A DNA stretch of 64,000 nt from Candidatus Nealsonbacteria bacterium. GTDB lineage: Bacteria > Patescibacteriota > Minisyncoccia > Minisyncoccales > JANBVM01. Each line of letters opens with the position of its first letter. Position 1 is the stretch's first letter. This document shows positions 10,139 to 20,100 of this stretch, one piece after another. The translations under genes were made by a program, and so were the position numbers. The notes under the pieces are model-generated. The model was not told the DNA's origin. It did not search any database and saw only the letters and a list, made by a program, of their open reading frames with translations. The stretch is from positions 258,000-321,999 of the forward strand of contig CP061210.1 in assembly GCA_026016225.1 (NCBI GenBank), written 5' to 3'.

Positions 10139-10213
10139 TTAAATCTTTGTCCTTAATATTTTCAGATATAGTTCTCCTTTTATTTTTTTAGAAAAAATGA
10201 TTAAATTAAAAAT

Positions 10214-10921
10214 ATGCTCAGTGTCATTATTCCTACCTTAAATGAAGAAAGGTATCTTCCTCTTTTGCTGAAGAGAATTAAAGAGCAAAATTTTAAAGAT
10301 TACGAAATAATTGTTGCAGATGCAGACTCTGATGATAAAACAGTAAAGATAGCTGAAGAATTTGGCTGTAAAATTGTAAAAGGTGGTTCGCCAGCTAAAG
10401 GAAGGAATGAGGGAGCAAAGATTGCCAAAGGGGATTTGTTTTTGTTTATTGATGCAGACAATAAAATCTTATCTAATAATTTTTTAGAGAAACTTGTCAA
10501 AGAATTTGAAGGGAGAAATTTAGGAGTGGCTTCTTTTCCAATTTATCCCAATGGGGGCAAGTTTGATAAATTTATCTATTGGTTTTATAACTTATGGGTG
10601 AAGCTAACTCAATTTTTTTTAGCCCATGCTACCAGTGCTGTTTTAGTCAAAAGAGTAATTCACCAAAAAATTGGCGGCTTTGATGAAGAAATAAAAATGG
10701 GTGAAGACCATGAATATGCCAGAAGAGCAGGGAAATGTGGAAGATTCGGCTTTCTCGAAATAGAACCCATTTTAACCTCTTCTCGGAGATTGGAGAACGA
10801 AGGAAGAATAAAGATATATTTAAAATATGTTTTAGCCGGGATTTATATGATATTTTTTGGACCGATAAAATCAGATATTTTTAAATACCGGTTTGTCAAT
10901 TCATTAAAAAATAATAGATAA
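10214..10921 (+). CDS. Family 2 glycosyltransferase
   Basis: SVIIPTLNEE..., DADSDD and FIDADN motifs. Confidence 0.85.
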   Translation: MLSVIIPTLNEERYLPLLLKRIKEQNFKDYEIIVADADSDDKTVKIAEEFGCKIVKGGSPAKGRNEGAKIAKGDLFLFIDADNKILSNNFLEKLVKEFEGRNLGVASFPIYPNGGKFDKFIYWFYNLWVKLTQFFLAHATSAVLVKRVIHQKIGGFDEEIKMGEDHEYARRAGKCGRFGFLEIEPILTSSRRLENEGRIKIYLKYVLAGIYMIFFGPIKSDIFKYRFVNSLKNNR

Positions 10922-10931
10922 TAAATTTATT

Positions 10932-12155
10932 ATGGTTAACTATCAATTACCCAAATTTAAACTGCCAAAATTGAAAGCGCCAAAAATTAAATCTTCAGGG
11001 TTGAGAAAAACAAAACTCTCTCAGATTTTAATTTTAGTTATTTTAATTTCCTCTTTTTCTGGTTTTTTGGCGGGAATAGTCTCTGGCACCTATTTTTATC
11101 AAGAAATGGTAAATCTTTTGAATAAATTAAATACCGAAATTAATAATATCAAGATAGTTCCCCAAAATAATTATCTTCCCCAGGTTTCCCAAGAACAAAT
11201 AATAGTTGAGGTTGTTGAGAAAGTTTCTCCTGCCGTTGTCAGTATTATTATCACTAAAGACCAACCAGTGTTTGAAAAAAGACAGGTTGGGGGAGGAACA
11301 GGATTTATTATTTCTGAAGATGGAATGGTTTTAACCAATAAACATGTGGTTTTAGATGAAACAGCTGAATATACCGTTTTAACATTAGATAATAAAAAAT
11401 TTCCGGCTGAAGTTTTAGCAAGAGATCCTATTCAAGATATAGCAATATTGAGGATTGGACAGGAAGAATCTGCTCCAGAAGAAATAAAACCTTTTCCAAA
11501 AATAAACCTGGGAGATTCAGATGAAATAAAGATTGGTCAGACGGCAATTGCCATAGGTTATGTTTTAGGGAAATATCAAAATGCAGTTTCAGTTGGTGTT
11601 GTTTCTGGTTTAGGCAGAACAATTATAGCTTCAGGCGGAGGGTTTTATGAGACCCTTGAAGATATAATTCAGACAGATGCTGCTATTAACATGGGAAATT
11701 CAGGAGGTCCTCTCTTAAATTTAAAAGGCGAAGTAATAGGCATTAATACAGCCATTGATATCGAAGGGCAAAATATTGGCTTTGCTATTCCCATTAATAA
11801 AGCAAAGAGAGATATTGAACAGGTTAAAGCTTTAGGTAAAATCGTTTATCCCTTTTTAGGAGTAAGGTACATCTTAATTAATGAAGATGTTCAAAGAGAA
11901 AATAATCTTGGGGTTGATTACGGAGCCTGGGTAGTATCATATCAAGGTAAGCCTGCTATTTTTCCAGACTCAGCTGCAGAAAAGGCGGGTTTAAAAGAAA
12001 GAGATATAATTTTGGAGTTTAACGGAGAGAAAATTACTATGGAGAATAGTTTAGCAAAAATCATTATAAACTATAATCCGGGGGATAAAGTTTCTTTGAA
12101 AATCTTAAGAGACAATACAGAAAAGCTTATTAATGCGACTCTGGGAGAAATGTAA
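10932..12155 (+). CDS. HtrA/DegP-family serine protease with PDZ domain
   Basis: N-terminal TM helix; TNKHV, D and GNSGGPLLN catalytic motifs; C-terminal PDZ-like region. Confidence 0.9.
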   Translation: MVNYQLPKFKLPKLKAPKIKSSGLRKTKLSQILILVILISSFSGFLAGIVSGTYFYQEMVNLLNKLNTEINNIKIVPQNNYLPQVSQEQIIVEVVEKVSPAVVSIIITKDQPVFEKRQVGGGTGFIISEDGMVLTNKHVVLDETAEYTVLTLDNKKFPAEVLARDPIQDIAILRIGQEESAPEEIKPFPKINLGDSDEIKIGQTAIAIGYVLGKYQNAVSVGVVSGLGRTIIASGGGFYETLEDIIQTDAAINMGNSGGPLLNLKGEVIGINTAIDIEGQNIGFAIPINKAKRDIEQVKALGKIVYPFLGVRYILINEDVQRENNLGVDYGAWVVSYQGKPAIFPDSAAEKAGLKERDIILEFNGEKITMENSLAKIIINYNPGDKVSLKILRDNTEKLINATLGEM

Positions 12156-12213
12156 GCAACCCGTTTTCTTATTAGTTTGGACAAATAAAGGTAATTTTGT
12201 TTGTTTTTTAAAC

Positions 12214-12241
12214 TTGATTTTTTAAATTTTTAGGGTAAAAT
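12214..12241 (+). promoter_or_regulatory. clpB promoter TTGATT-N16-TAAAAT, ATG 8 nt after the -10
   Basis: Read directly. Confidence 0.45.
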
Positions 12242-12249
12242 TAAATACG

Positions 12250-14961
12250 ATGAACGGAGGTCAATTTACTCATAAAGCTCAAGAAGCAATAATTACTGCC
12301 CAGGAATTAAGCAGAAAAAGGGATCAGCAGCAAATAGATGCCTTACATTTACTTTATGCTTTGTTAAATCAAGAGGAAAGCATTGTTTTAAGTTTGCTCG
12401 ATAGAATAGGTGTAAATGTCGATAGCTTAAAAAGAAAAACAGAATTAACCTTAGACAAAATTACAACCATTATTACTCCTCATACCTTTGGGCAGTTTTA
12501 TTTAACGCAAGATATGGCAAAGATTTTAGATAAGGCAAAGAAAGAATCTATAAGGATGGGAGATGACTATATTTCAGTTGAACATTTATTTTTAGCCCTT
12601 TTATCTACCGACACAAAAGCAAAAGGAATTTTAGATAAAGCTACTTTTTTAAAACCAGAGAGCAAAAGTAGCTCACTTGAGTTTGGAAAATTAGATTATG
12701 ATGCTGTCTTGAAAGAATTAGCTAAAATCAGGGGTGGACAGAGAATTACCGACCCAAAACCTGAGACAAAATATCAGGTAATTGAAAAATATGCCAGGAA
12801 TTTAACGTCCTTAGCCAAAAAGGGAAAATTAGATCCTGTTATTGGCAGGGAGAATGAAATAAAAAGACTGATGCAAATTCTTTCTCGGAGAACAAAAAAC
12901 AATCCTGTTTTGATTGGGGAAGCTGGAGTGGGTAAAACAGCTATTGTTGAAGGTTTGGCTCAAAGGATTGTTTCGGGACAGGTTCCGGAAAGCTTAAAAG
13001 ACAAAGAAATAATAGCTTTGGATTTAGGAGCTTTGGTCGCAGGAACAAGATACAGGGGAGAATTTGAAGATAGGGTAAAAGCTCTCTTGAGAGAAATTAA
13101 TAGGGCAAAGGGTAGATATTTGTTATTTATTGATGAACTTCATACCTTGGTGGGGGCTGGAGCTGCTGAAGGTGCAATTGATGCTTCAAATTTATTAAAG
13201 CCTGCTTTATCAAGAGGAGAGTTAAAAGCGATAGGAGCTACCACTTTAAGAGAATATCAAAAATACATCGAAAGAGACCAGGCTTTAGAAAGAAGATTCC
13301 AGCCAATTTATGTTGCAGAACCTTCCATTGAAGATACTATTGAAATTTTAAGAGGCATTAAAGAAAAATATGAATTGCATCACGGAGTAAAAATAGGAGA
13401 TTCTGTTTTAGTCACCTGCGCTCAGTTAGCAGCAAGGTATATCACTGATAGATTTTTACCCGACAAAGCTGTTGATTTAATGGATGAATCAATGAGTGCT
13501 TTAAGGTTGGAAATTGAATCAGAACCTCCTGAATTAGAGAATTTAAGAAAAGAAATCAAAAAATTAAAAATTGAAAAAGAGGGAATTAAAAAAGAAAAAG
13601 GAGTTGAAAGAAGATTAAAAGTAATTTCAAGACAACTTTCTGATTTAAAAGAAAAAGAAAAGGTAATTCAAACTAAATGGCAGACAGAAAAAGAGTTAAT
13701 CGCGAAAATAAAAAATCTAAAAAAAGATATTGAACGGGCTCGATTTGAAGCTGAAAAAGGTATTGCCGGAGCTGATTTGCAGAAAGTAGCTGAAATAAAA
13801 TATGAAAAAATCCCAAATCTTCTGAAAGAATTGAAAACATTTGAAAGAAAATTAGCCAGAGCTCAGAAAAAACATTCTATTTTAAAAGAAGAAGTTTCTG
13901 AAGAAGATGTAGCAGGAGTAGTTTCTCGCTGGACAGGTATTCCTGTTACAAGATTATTAGAAGAAGAAATTAAGAAGCTGGAAAAGATGGAAAGCATTAT
14001 TGCCAAAAGAATAATAGGCCAAAGAGAAGCTATTGCAGCCATCTCCAATGCTGTTCGTAGGGCAAGAGCAGGCATTTCTGAGGAGAACAGACCGATGGGC
14101 TCTTTTATGTTTTTAGGACCAACCGGTGTAGGAAAAACCGAGACCGCCAAGGCACTGGCTAAATTCTTATTCAATGATGAGAATGCTATGATTCGTCTTG
14201 ATATGTCAGAGTATATGGAAAAACATACTGTTTCCAAGATGATTGGTTCTCCTCCAGGTTATGTAGGTTACGATGAGGGAGGCCAATTAACCGAAAAGAT
14301 ACGGAGAAGGCCATATAGCGTGGTTTTATTAGACGAGATTGAAAAAGCCAATTCAGAAGTCTTTAATATTTTACTTCAGATTTTAGAAGATGGTAGATTA
14401 ACCGATGCCAAAGGCAGGGTAGCTTCTTTTAAAAATACAATTTTGATTATGACTTCAAATGTTGGTTCAGAGATTATTGCAAGAGAAGCTTCTTTAGGTT
14501 TTGTCGGTGGTGATAAAGAAAAGAGTCAAAGAGAAAATTTAAGAGAGAAGCTATTAACAGCTTTAAAAGAAAGTTTCAGACCAGAATTTCTAAACAGAGT
14601 AGATGAAATTATTATTTTTGACTATTTAACAAGAGCTGAAATTAAACAAATTACCGATTTAGAACTTCAGAAAGTTGCTGAAAGATTGATGGAAAAAAAG
14701 ATTACAATTAAGGTTACAGAAAAAGTGAAGGACCTTATTGCAGAAAAAGGTTTTGACTCTAACCTCGGAGCCAGACCTTTAAAACGGGTAATACAAAAAA
14801 AACTACTGGACCCTCTTTCTCTTGAGATTGTTTCCGGGGAAGTAAAAGAAGGAGACAGGATTATGATTGACCTAAAAGACAAAAAAATAATTTTTGAAAA
14901 TTTGAGAAGTTTAGCTAAAACCAAAAGAGTTAAAAAACAAAAAGTAGCTGTTTCGAGCTAA
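12250..14961 (+). CDS. clpB: ClpB disaggregase (AAA+ with two NBDs and a coiled-coil M domain)
   Basis: Two Walker A motifs ([16 protein letters not shown]), Clp N domain, long middle coiled coil. Confidence 0.95.
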   Translation: MNGGQFTHKAQEAIITAQELSRKRDQQQIDALHLLYALLNQEESIVLSLLDRIGVNVDSLKRKTELTLDKITTIITPHTFGQFYLTQDMAKILDKAKKESIRMGDDYISVEHLFLALLSTDTKAKGILDKATFLKPESKSSSLEFGKLDYDAVLKELAKIRGGQRITDPKPETKYQVIEKYARNLTSLAKKGKLDPVIGRENEIKRLMQILSRRTKNNPVLIGEAGVGKTAIVEGLAQRIVSGQVPESLKDKEIIALDLGALVAGTRYRGEFEDRVKALLREINRAKGRYLLFIDELHTLVGAGAAEGAIDASNLLKPALSRGELKAIGATTLREYQKYIERDQALERRFQPIYVAEPSIEDTIEILRGIKEKYELHHGVKIGDSVLVTCAQLAARYITDRFLPDKAVDLMDESMSALRLEIESEPPELENLRKEIKKLKIEKEGIKKEKGVERRLKVISRQLSDLKEKEKVIQTKWQTEKELIAKIKNLKKDIERARFEAEKGIAGADLQKVAEIKYEKIPNLLKELKTFERKLARAQKKHSILKEEVSEEDVAGVVSRWTGIPVTRLLEEEIKKLEKMESIIAKRIIGQREAIAAISNAVRRARAGISEENRPMGSFMFLGPTGVGKTETAKALAKFLFNDENAMIRLDMSEYMEKHTVSKMIGSPPGYVGYDEGGQLTEKIRRRPYSVVLLDEIEKANSEVFNILLQILEDGRLTDAKGRVASFKNTILIMTSNVGSEIIAREASLGFVGGDKEKSQRENLREKLLTALKESFRPEFLNRVDEIIIFDYLTRAEIKQITDLELQKVAERLMEKKITIKVTEKVKDLIAEKGFDSNLGARPLKRVIQKKLLDPLSLEIVSGEVKEGDRIMIDLKDKKIIFENLRSLAKTKRVKKQKVAVSS

Positions 14962-14974
14962 TCTTAAATATGAA

Positions 14975-15655
14975 ATGAAAAAAACTATTTTTAAGATTTT
15001 AGCGATTTTTTTAATAGGTATTGGTGGCGGAATTTTTGCTAACCATGTCCTGTGGCCCTATTTTGCAGAAAGACCCGTTTATATAACTGAAAAAAAAGAA
15101 ATAACTATTCAAGAAAATACTGCTTTAAAAAATGCTATTGAAAAAGTAGAAAGGACGGTCGTTGGAATTGAAACAAAGACAAAAGAAGAAATCCTGTACG
15201 GTTCAGGTTTAATTTTGACCTCAGATGGTTTAGTGGTAACCCTGGCAGAATTAGTTCCCAAAGGTGCTAATGTTAGTCTTTTTCTTGATGGAAAATCAAT
15301 CCCTTTTCAAATTTTGAAGAGAGATTTAAATAATAATTTAGCTTTAATAAAGGTTGAGAAAGATAATTTACCGACAGTGGGTTTTGCCGCATTTGAGAAA
15401 ATAAAATTAGGAGAAAGAGTTTTTTTAGTTGGTGCAACTTTTGAGGAGACAGAAGTTAAAAAAGAAACTAATGAAGGAATTGTAAAATACTTTGACAAAG
15501 ATTCCATTCGAACAAATATCTTTGAGAAAGCTTCTTTATCAGGTAGTCCTCTCTTTAATATAGAGGGTGAGGTTCTGGGATTGAATACGGTTGATTCTTT
15601 GGGAAGGGTCATTGCTATTCCCGTTACCGAAATAAGAACCTTCGCGGGATTTTAA
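14975..15655 (+). CDS. Membrane-anchored trypsin-like (S1C-like) serine protease
   Basis: N-terminal TM helix; SLSGSPLFN serine motif. Confidence 0.65.
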   Translation: MKKTIFKILAIFLIGIGGGIFANHVLWPYFAERPVYITEKKEITIQENTALKNAIEKVERTVVGIETKTKEEILYGSGLILTSDGLVVTLAELVPKGANVSLFLDGKSIPFQILKRDLNNNLALIKVEKDNLPTVGFAAFEKIKLGERVFLVGATFEETEVKKETNEGIVKYFDKDSIRTNIFEKASLSGSPLFNIEGEVLGLNTVDSLGRVIAIPVTEIRTFAGF

Positions 15656-15688
15656 CCGCGAAGAACCTTGCTTTCGCTTCGCTCAAGT
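15634..15688 (+). repeat. Composite element AAGAACC-hairpin-AGAACCTTG-N-TCGCTTCGCTC (left copy)
   Basis: Same architecture as 22873-22918. Contains the 11-mer TCGCTTCGCTC (15674-15684). Overlaps the stop codon of the protease gene. Confidence 0.7.
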
Positions 15689-15882
15689 AAAAACCTTTGC
15701 CGGTTTCTAAAGATTAAAATTATAGAATTATGAAATTAATTAATCACCAAAAAGGAAATCACTTTTTTCTAATCGATTTAATGTTTAGTTTAATCTTACT
15801 TGTAGTAATGTTTTATTTTGCAATCAGGTAGTTTCAAGCAAAAAGAATAATTAACACTTTCCTTTTTAATTTACAACAACAA

Positions 15883-15911
15883 TTAAGGACACACAGGATA
15901 GGTGAGCTTTT
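15883..15911 (-). pseudogene. Orphan copy of the last 8 codons plus stop of the LTD gene (KLTYPVCP*)
   Basis: 27/29 nt identical to 17118-17146. Both mismatches are synonymous third positions on the minus strand. No ORF upstream of it. Confidence 0.75.
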
Positions 15912-16075
15912 TTGGTTGTGGTGTCTTAGAAAGACCGTGGACAATGGTCGAATAATTATCTTAAATTTGAGTTAGAAGTGAAAATTTAAGGAATTGGACT
16001 TCTCTTCGGAGCAATATCAAAAAAGAATTTATATGTGAGTTTTTAACTAGTATGAACTAATATTCGCACTGACAC

Positions 16076-16103
16076 TTGACAAGATTCCCGATACCGGTAA
16101 AAT
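16076..16103 (+). promoter_or_regulatory. Promoter TTGACA-N16-TAAAAT, ATG 6 nt after the -10
   Basis: Read directly upstream of 16110. Confidence 0.55.
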
Positions 16104-16109
16104 TAAGGT

Positions 16110-16832
16110 ATGGCAGAAAATCTTCTAACTATAACTGAAACTTCCCAATTGACCGGTATTAACCCTGAAACTCTTAAAAAACGTTGCCAGAGTGGTTCAA
16201 TTCCTGGGGCAATTAAAAAGGGTAAAACTTGGTTGATACCTGAAAGCTCTTCGTTGGGCTTCAATAGACCAAAAGTAGGTGTTTATATTGATGGTCCAAA
16301 TCTATTACATGGAGGGCTAGAGACTGGATGGCTTATAGATTATAAAAAACTCAATAAGTTTATTAAAAAAGATTACAATCCCGTAGTTCTTTCTTATTAT
16401 GATTCTGTGGGTCATGAAAGAGATAAGAAAGGCTCATTCATAAAAAATAGCGATGGTAAATTTATACCCAGAAAAGGTCAATTAAAATTTCTAAATCTAT
16501 TAAAAGGACTAGGTTATAGGATAGTTTCTCCTTCTTTGAAATACATTTGTGGGGATATGCAAAGGCCCAAAAATACTACAGATAACCATATCAATTGGGA
16601 CGTGGCAAAAGAAAAAGAACTATGGGAACAGCTTTTTCTCTTTTCTGGAGATTCAGACTTTGAAAGGCTTGTTGATGAGGTTGTAGCATTAAATAAAACA
16701 GTTAAGATTTTCAGCTTCTCAAACCGCTTGTCTTACGAACTTAAAATTAAAGCATTTAATTCACCCCTTGTAGCGTTCACGGAACTAGAAAAACTTAAAG
16801 ATATATTAGCTCTTCCCCAGAAAAAAAAGTAG
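16110..16832 (+). CDS. Excisionase-type HTH fused to a NYN (LabA-like, PIN-fold) nuclease domain
   Basis: N-terminal LTITETSQLTGINPETLKKRCQSGSIPGAIKKGKTWLIPE (MerR/excisionase-like HTH). NYN motifs VGVYIDGPNL and FSGDSDFERLV. Confidence 0.8.
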   Translation: MAENLLTITETSQLTGINPETLKKRCQSGSIPGAIKKGKTWLIPESSSLGFNRPKVGVYIDGPNLLHGGLETGWLIDYKKLNKFIKKDYNPVVLSYYDSVGHERDKKGSFIKNSDGKFIPRKGQLKFLNLLKGLGYRIVSPSLKYICGDMQRPKNTTDNHINWDVAKEKELWEQLFLFSGDSDFERLVDEVVALNKTVKIFSFSNRLSYELKIKAFNSPLVAFTELEKLKDILALPQKKK

Positions 16833-16889
16833 AGGGGAGGGTCTTGACAAGCTCTCTTGGTTTGCTAAAGTAAAATATAAAGAACTTCA

Positions 16890-16912
16890 CCCGGCTTCGG
16901 CCGGGGTTTTTT
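16890..16912 (+). terminator. Intrinsic terminator (CCCGGC-UUCG-GCCGGG + T6)
   Basis: GC stem, UUCG loop and T-run read directly. Confidence 0.7.
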
Positions 16913-17069
16913 AAATAAACGTAAAATAGTGTCAACTGTATTTTTTCTAAGATTTTCTCTAATTTTTCTCCAATTAATAGTTTTGAATATGTCCAATAGG
17001 GGGGAGCTTTTTTCCACAGATTAAACTTGACATTTTTCTATAATAAGATAATATATAATTACTAACACT

Positions 17070-17102
17070 CCCGCCCCTAGCTTCGGCTAATGGCGGGTTT
17101 TT
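17070..17102 (+). terminator. Hairpin CCCGCC...GGCGGG + T-run, preceded by an orphan promoter (17027-17054). May also act on the convergent LTD gene.
   Basis: Stem and T-run read directly. TTGACA(17027)-N16-TAATAT(17049) lies upstream. Confidence 0.55.
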
Positions 17103-17117
17103 CGTTTTTATCCTCAC

Positions 17118-20100
17118 TTAAGGGCAAACAGGATAGGTGAGCTTTTCGTCCTCATCATTGAAAACGAAAACAGTCTTTTGGGCTTCAAATTGAGTAATTG
17201 TTTCATAAATTTTTTGACAATCAATGTTTCCTAAAAAAGAAACGGCGTAAATATTTTTTTCAATTAATGAATCTTTTATTGAAATATTAACATTTTCGCC
17301 GAGAGTAATAGCTCCAGCAGGCGGATGCTTTGTTCCTCCGTATCTAATAATTACATTTTCCAGAATAGAATCAGTAGTAGAAGAATGAAAGTAAAGATTA
17401 GCCCAATTCCCGGAAGCTGGTTGAGTGCCAGTACCGTCGTTATTTGTATCTCCTTCAACGTCATCTTTAAGAGAAGTAAAAATGATTGGTTGAGCAGGAG
17501 TTCCCCGAGCTAAAAGTTTCCCCCAAATGGTTATTCTTTTTTGATTTATTAGCTTTATTATAACCCCGGGTTCAAGAGTAAGAGTTCCTTCTCCTGAACC
17601 ATTATTATTAAAAATATAGGGTAGGTCGGCATACAAGGTTGTAGTAGAAATTTCTGTTCCAATTAAAACTCCATTATAGTTATTATTTTCCGCTGAATTT
17701 CCTCTGAAAAATGGATGGGCGGCATTAAAATAAATTGGTTTTTCATTGTTTCTGAAAATATTTTCTTCAATCTTTGAATTGGCTTCATTCGTTATATAAA
17801 TTCCATAATAATTTCCTGAGAAAGAGCAATTTTTTACCCCAAGAGTTCCTCCTTCAATAATGACAGCTTTCCCATATTTTTCATTAAGTACAGTATTAAA
17901 GTCAGAAAAAGAAACTTTATCGATAGTTGAAGAAGAGTTATTTAACCAAATTCCTATCGTGGCATTACTACTGTTTTCGAAGACAGAATCCTTAAAGCTA
18001 ATTGAATTTTCATAAACACTTATAATAATAGTTTCTGTACAATTGGAGTCCCAGCATCTTTTAGCTTTTTCAATTTTAAGGAATTCTAATTGAGAGACTT
18101 TTTGATTTTCTGGTGCATTGCTTTTAAACATAATTCCTGCCCAATTTTCATTGCTGTTTGAGGTGAAAATAATTTCTTTTCCCTCTTTGCCTACAGCTTT
18201 TAAACATCCTTCAACGAAAACCAATTTAGTAGGGGCAAATTTTAATATTACCTCAGGTTCAACATTTAAAATTTTATCTTCTGGAATATGTAATCGAGTA
18301 TTAATAATATAAGGACTGCCAAGATAAGTAAGAGTGATTTCTTCAAATTCGCTAAAAGGTAATATATTAGATGAAGAAATCTCAGTCTCAGACTTAGAAA
18401 CACTATTTTCTGCTTTTGGGGTACCATTGATTCTATTTCCTTTTGCGTCGAGTCCATTTCTGGTAATTAAATTATTACTGGCCCAATTAGTAGAGTCTAT
18501 CCCTGAAATATCTGCTTTGATTCTTTCCATTGAAATATAGGCGGGAGTGGTTGTGCCGGCAAACCAGCCTGAAGAACAATCAACAACATCAATTAGTTCA
18601 CCCTTAGCATTTCTTAATTCAATTTTTTCTCCTTTATTATTTAAAGCCCCGGTATATATTTGGTCAGCCGCTATATCAGGAAGAGTAGTATTATCATCAG
18701 TCCTTTCTAATAAGTAAAAGCCATTACCAGATATAGTGGTAGTGGTAGCTGTAGAGGTAGAAAAAATAATAGAATGAATAGTTGTTCCATGACTCCAGGA
18801 AAGAGTCCAATTATTTAAATCAATATCAGTAGAACTGGTATTATAAAGTTCAATCCACTCATCATTAGGAGAGGCTCCTGTTCCCATCCAGGCAATTTCA
18901 TTAATTAAAATTTTTAGTGGAGGTAAAGAAGGTGGGGGCGGAGGGGTTGGAGTTGTACCTCCGCCGCCTCCACCTTCGCCACCATAATATACATAATAGC
19001 CGCTGCTATTTTCCATTTTTGGTGTACCCCCGATATTGCTACTTGTTTGCCATTCTAAATTATGTTTTCGTTCCATCGTTTTTTTTGAAGAATTATCTCC
19101 AGCTTGCCAATTTGAGATAGCTAAAGCTTCATCTTGGAGATGACAATTTTCATCAAAAAGATATAATGCTTCATTTGTGTTACCAATGGCTCCAGTATAA
19201 ATTAAGTCAGCTGATAGTCCGGGTACAGAGTCGTCATTTGTTCTCTCTAAAAGCAAAAATCCACCTGGCTGAATGGTATGTTGATTATTGAAAATAATTT
19301 TTATCTTTTTATCTTTATCTAAAAGTTGCCATCCACTTAAATTAATTTCATTTCCGGAAATATTTTTTAACTCAATCCACTCATTATTCGCTGAATTAAC
19401 AGTTCCCATCCAGGCTATTTCGTTTATAATTACTTTATCTTTTACGGGAGAGCTACTGGGAATTTTTTGACACAATATTTGTTCGGTTTCTTGCTCTTGC
19501 TCGCCCTCTTTTTGTTCTGCTTTTTCTTGAGTAATTTCCTCTTGCTTCTCCTTTTCTGGTTCTTTAATTTCATTTTCTAATTTTTTAATTTTCTCTAAAA
19601 ATTTTTCAACAATGCTACTTAATTTTTCAATATCTTGTTTAATACTATTTTCTTTTTGAGAAAAGATATCAATTCTTTCAGAAATATCACCTAATAGTTT
19701 TTGTATTTTTTCTAAACTTAGGGTTGTTTTTTGTTCTGATTCTATTCTCTGTTCCTTCAATTCTTTTAAAGAATCAGTTTCTTTAATATATTCATCTAAA
19801 TTATCAGTATCTAATCTGGTTAGTTTTTCTGTTGTTTCTTCTAACTGGGCCGTTGTTCCTGAACGAAAACTAATTATAAAATGACTTAATTTTTGAGTTG
19901 CTAAATTAATTCTGGTAAATCCTTTTTTAATTGCACTTTGAGACTTCTTACCGACATCAGAAATAAAACTACCCACATTTTTTGCTCCTTCTAATAAATT
20001 CGCTAAAGACAGCTTTGTTTTATCAAACAAGGAAGGTCCAGCTTCTTTTTCAACTAATTCATATTTTTTAATTGCATAAACAAGATTCTCTCTGAGCTCT

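Noticed and set aside
16844-16876. TTGACA at 16844 as a third orphan promoter in front of the 16890 hairpin
   Set aside because: The best -10 candidates are poorly spaced (N21 to TAAAAT) or weak (TAAAGT at N16). The hairpin is adequately explained as the terminator of the HTH-NYN gene.
16998-17022. Third partial copy of the 29-mer (ATAGGGGGGAGCTTTTTTCC versus ATAGGTGAGCTTTTTTGG)
   Set aside because: Only about 10-14 nt are similar and a G-run interrupts the match. That is too short to tell from chance.
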